Assembly: GCA_977017645.1 (NCBI GenBank)
Contig: OZ360239.1
Coordinates: 72,292,001-72,356,000 of the forward strand
Origin: Torpedo marmorata
Lineage: Eukaryota
Reading direction: 5' to 3'
DNA: 64,000 bases
Under the pieces are notes generated by a model. The model was given only the letters and a program-made list of their open reading frames with translations. It searched no databases and was not told where the DNA came from. Numbering within the stretch: the stretch's first letter is position 1; the number at the start of each line of letters is the position of its first letter. Made by a program: the position numbers and the translations under genes. Of the stretch, positions 62,643 to 64,000 are shown piece after piece.

Positions 62643-64000
62643 TCAATACAGACGAGGAGCCTTCTGGATAAATTTACAAAGGAAACATAAAAGACAAAAC
62701 CCCAGTACTACAAGAGTGATAGTAGTGACCCAGTGAATGGCAATAGCCCACCAACTCCCCAGAGCCCCAAAGGGCCACCAGCTTCTCCAGGAGGAGTCAT
62801 GATGCAGGAACTGGTCCCTCAATTTTTCAATATTACCCACGGACTCTTGGCTATGCTCTGCCAGATAAGTGATGTTCCCCAATTCGTCAGGAATGTAAGT
62901 GCAGCACTCTTTACCAATCACTGCACAGGTACCACCTTCAGCGGTAAGTAGGTAGTCCAGGGCCATCCGGTTCTGCAAGGTAACCATGCGGACGGCCGTC
63001 AGCTCTGCTGCCACTCGAGTCAGAACATCCTCCATATGCCGCAGTACCACAGCCGTCTCGTTGGCCAGCGTCTCCAGCACACTGGTCATGTGCATTATTT
63101 CGCGGGACAGGCAGCCAATGCCATAGTGGGGGAAGGCGATCATGCAGAACCTTTTTGCATCAGTGATTGCCGTTCTTCCCTGGTATCCGCGGTAGGCTGG
63201 GTGCTCCCCGAGGTCGTTAAGGTGGTGGATATAAGGAACAACATATCCTGGAAAGCAACAACCGTACCATCCCATGTGGAGCCAGGGGTAGGCGCAGTGT
63301 CCGCATATCCAGTGAGTGCCATTGAGTGTCCAGGGAGCCCCCAGCTTTGCTGCGCCCTCGGCTGTGGACACTGGCGTACCTGGGTACCATTCTCACTCAC
63401 ACTCGCTGTGCCCTACCGACAGGTTCAACCAGTGCTCATCAAAACATCTGCACCAACATTCCCCAGCCCTGTTCACCAGTTGGGGAGTCGCTCTGAGAGT
63501 CGGGACTTTAGTGCTTCTCAGATGGTAGAGAGGAAAAAACCAGTTCGTGAAACACCCACCCCACCTGGGGTCACTAGATCCAATGTTGTGTAAGGGGGAG
63601 GTAGGTGGGAGGTCTAATATTTAACTTCTATTTATGTAAATTTGCTCTATGGTCCTCGAGAAACGCTACCTCATCTATACTGTGTATTGCATTAGTAGTT
63701 ATGGTATGAACGACAAATAAAGGTGATTTGACTTGACTTGAGGTCACTGCCCCCCCCACCCCCATACAACAGAACACCGAAATTCGTGTAATTAACCAGT
63801 TTATGCAAACAGTCCATTTCTCTGGTGTCGAATGGGATGGACGTAAGTGGAAGTCCCTCAGCAGCGTGCGCCAGAGTTTGCATGCAGACCCAGCAATTCG
63901 ATCTGTTGGTGCTGCTGGCGTATTCGTAGGCCATCCTGAGGAACATGTTGTAGGCTAACACGACGCCGATCGACGCAGTGATGGTCAATAGTGTTTTCAA
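62643..64000 (-). pseudogene. env: Gamma-type retroviral envelope (SU disrupted, TM open); runs off the window
   Basis: SU CWVC motif, immunosuppressive domain LQNRMALDYLL, CX6CC (CAVIGKECC) and a hydrophobic TM anchor. Frame is broken at about 63400-63690. Confidence 0.88.

Overview
This is eukaryotic DNA, most likely from a cartilaginous fish (ray or shark), judged from its V-SINE/HE1-type SINEs, DeuSINEs and CR1 LINEs. The window looks intergenic or intronic and is dominated by nested transposable elements. I recognised no host protein-coding gene. Main contents: (1) a young Rex1/Babar LINE family, with one full-length copy (1040-aa APE-RT ORF) and three 5'-truncated copies; (2) Penelope-like elements plus short pLTR derivatives carrying minimal hammerhead-like motifs, several with ~14-bp TSDs; (3) a complete two-gene Harbinger; (4) a near-intact DD35D pogo (Passer-type) transposon; (5) a twin-primed L1; (6) a Chapaev3-like remnant; (7) a Gypsy 5'LTR-gag-pol whose PBS position is complementary to its own LTR poly(A) signal, plus a related solo LTR; (8) an ERV env with its 3'LTR; (9) many CR1 fragments; (10) non-autonomous retroposons sharing one 3' stem-loop tail, one of them with a tRNA-Thr head. 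Family names come from motif recognition only; no database search was run, and boundaries of old repeats are approximate.
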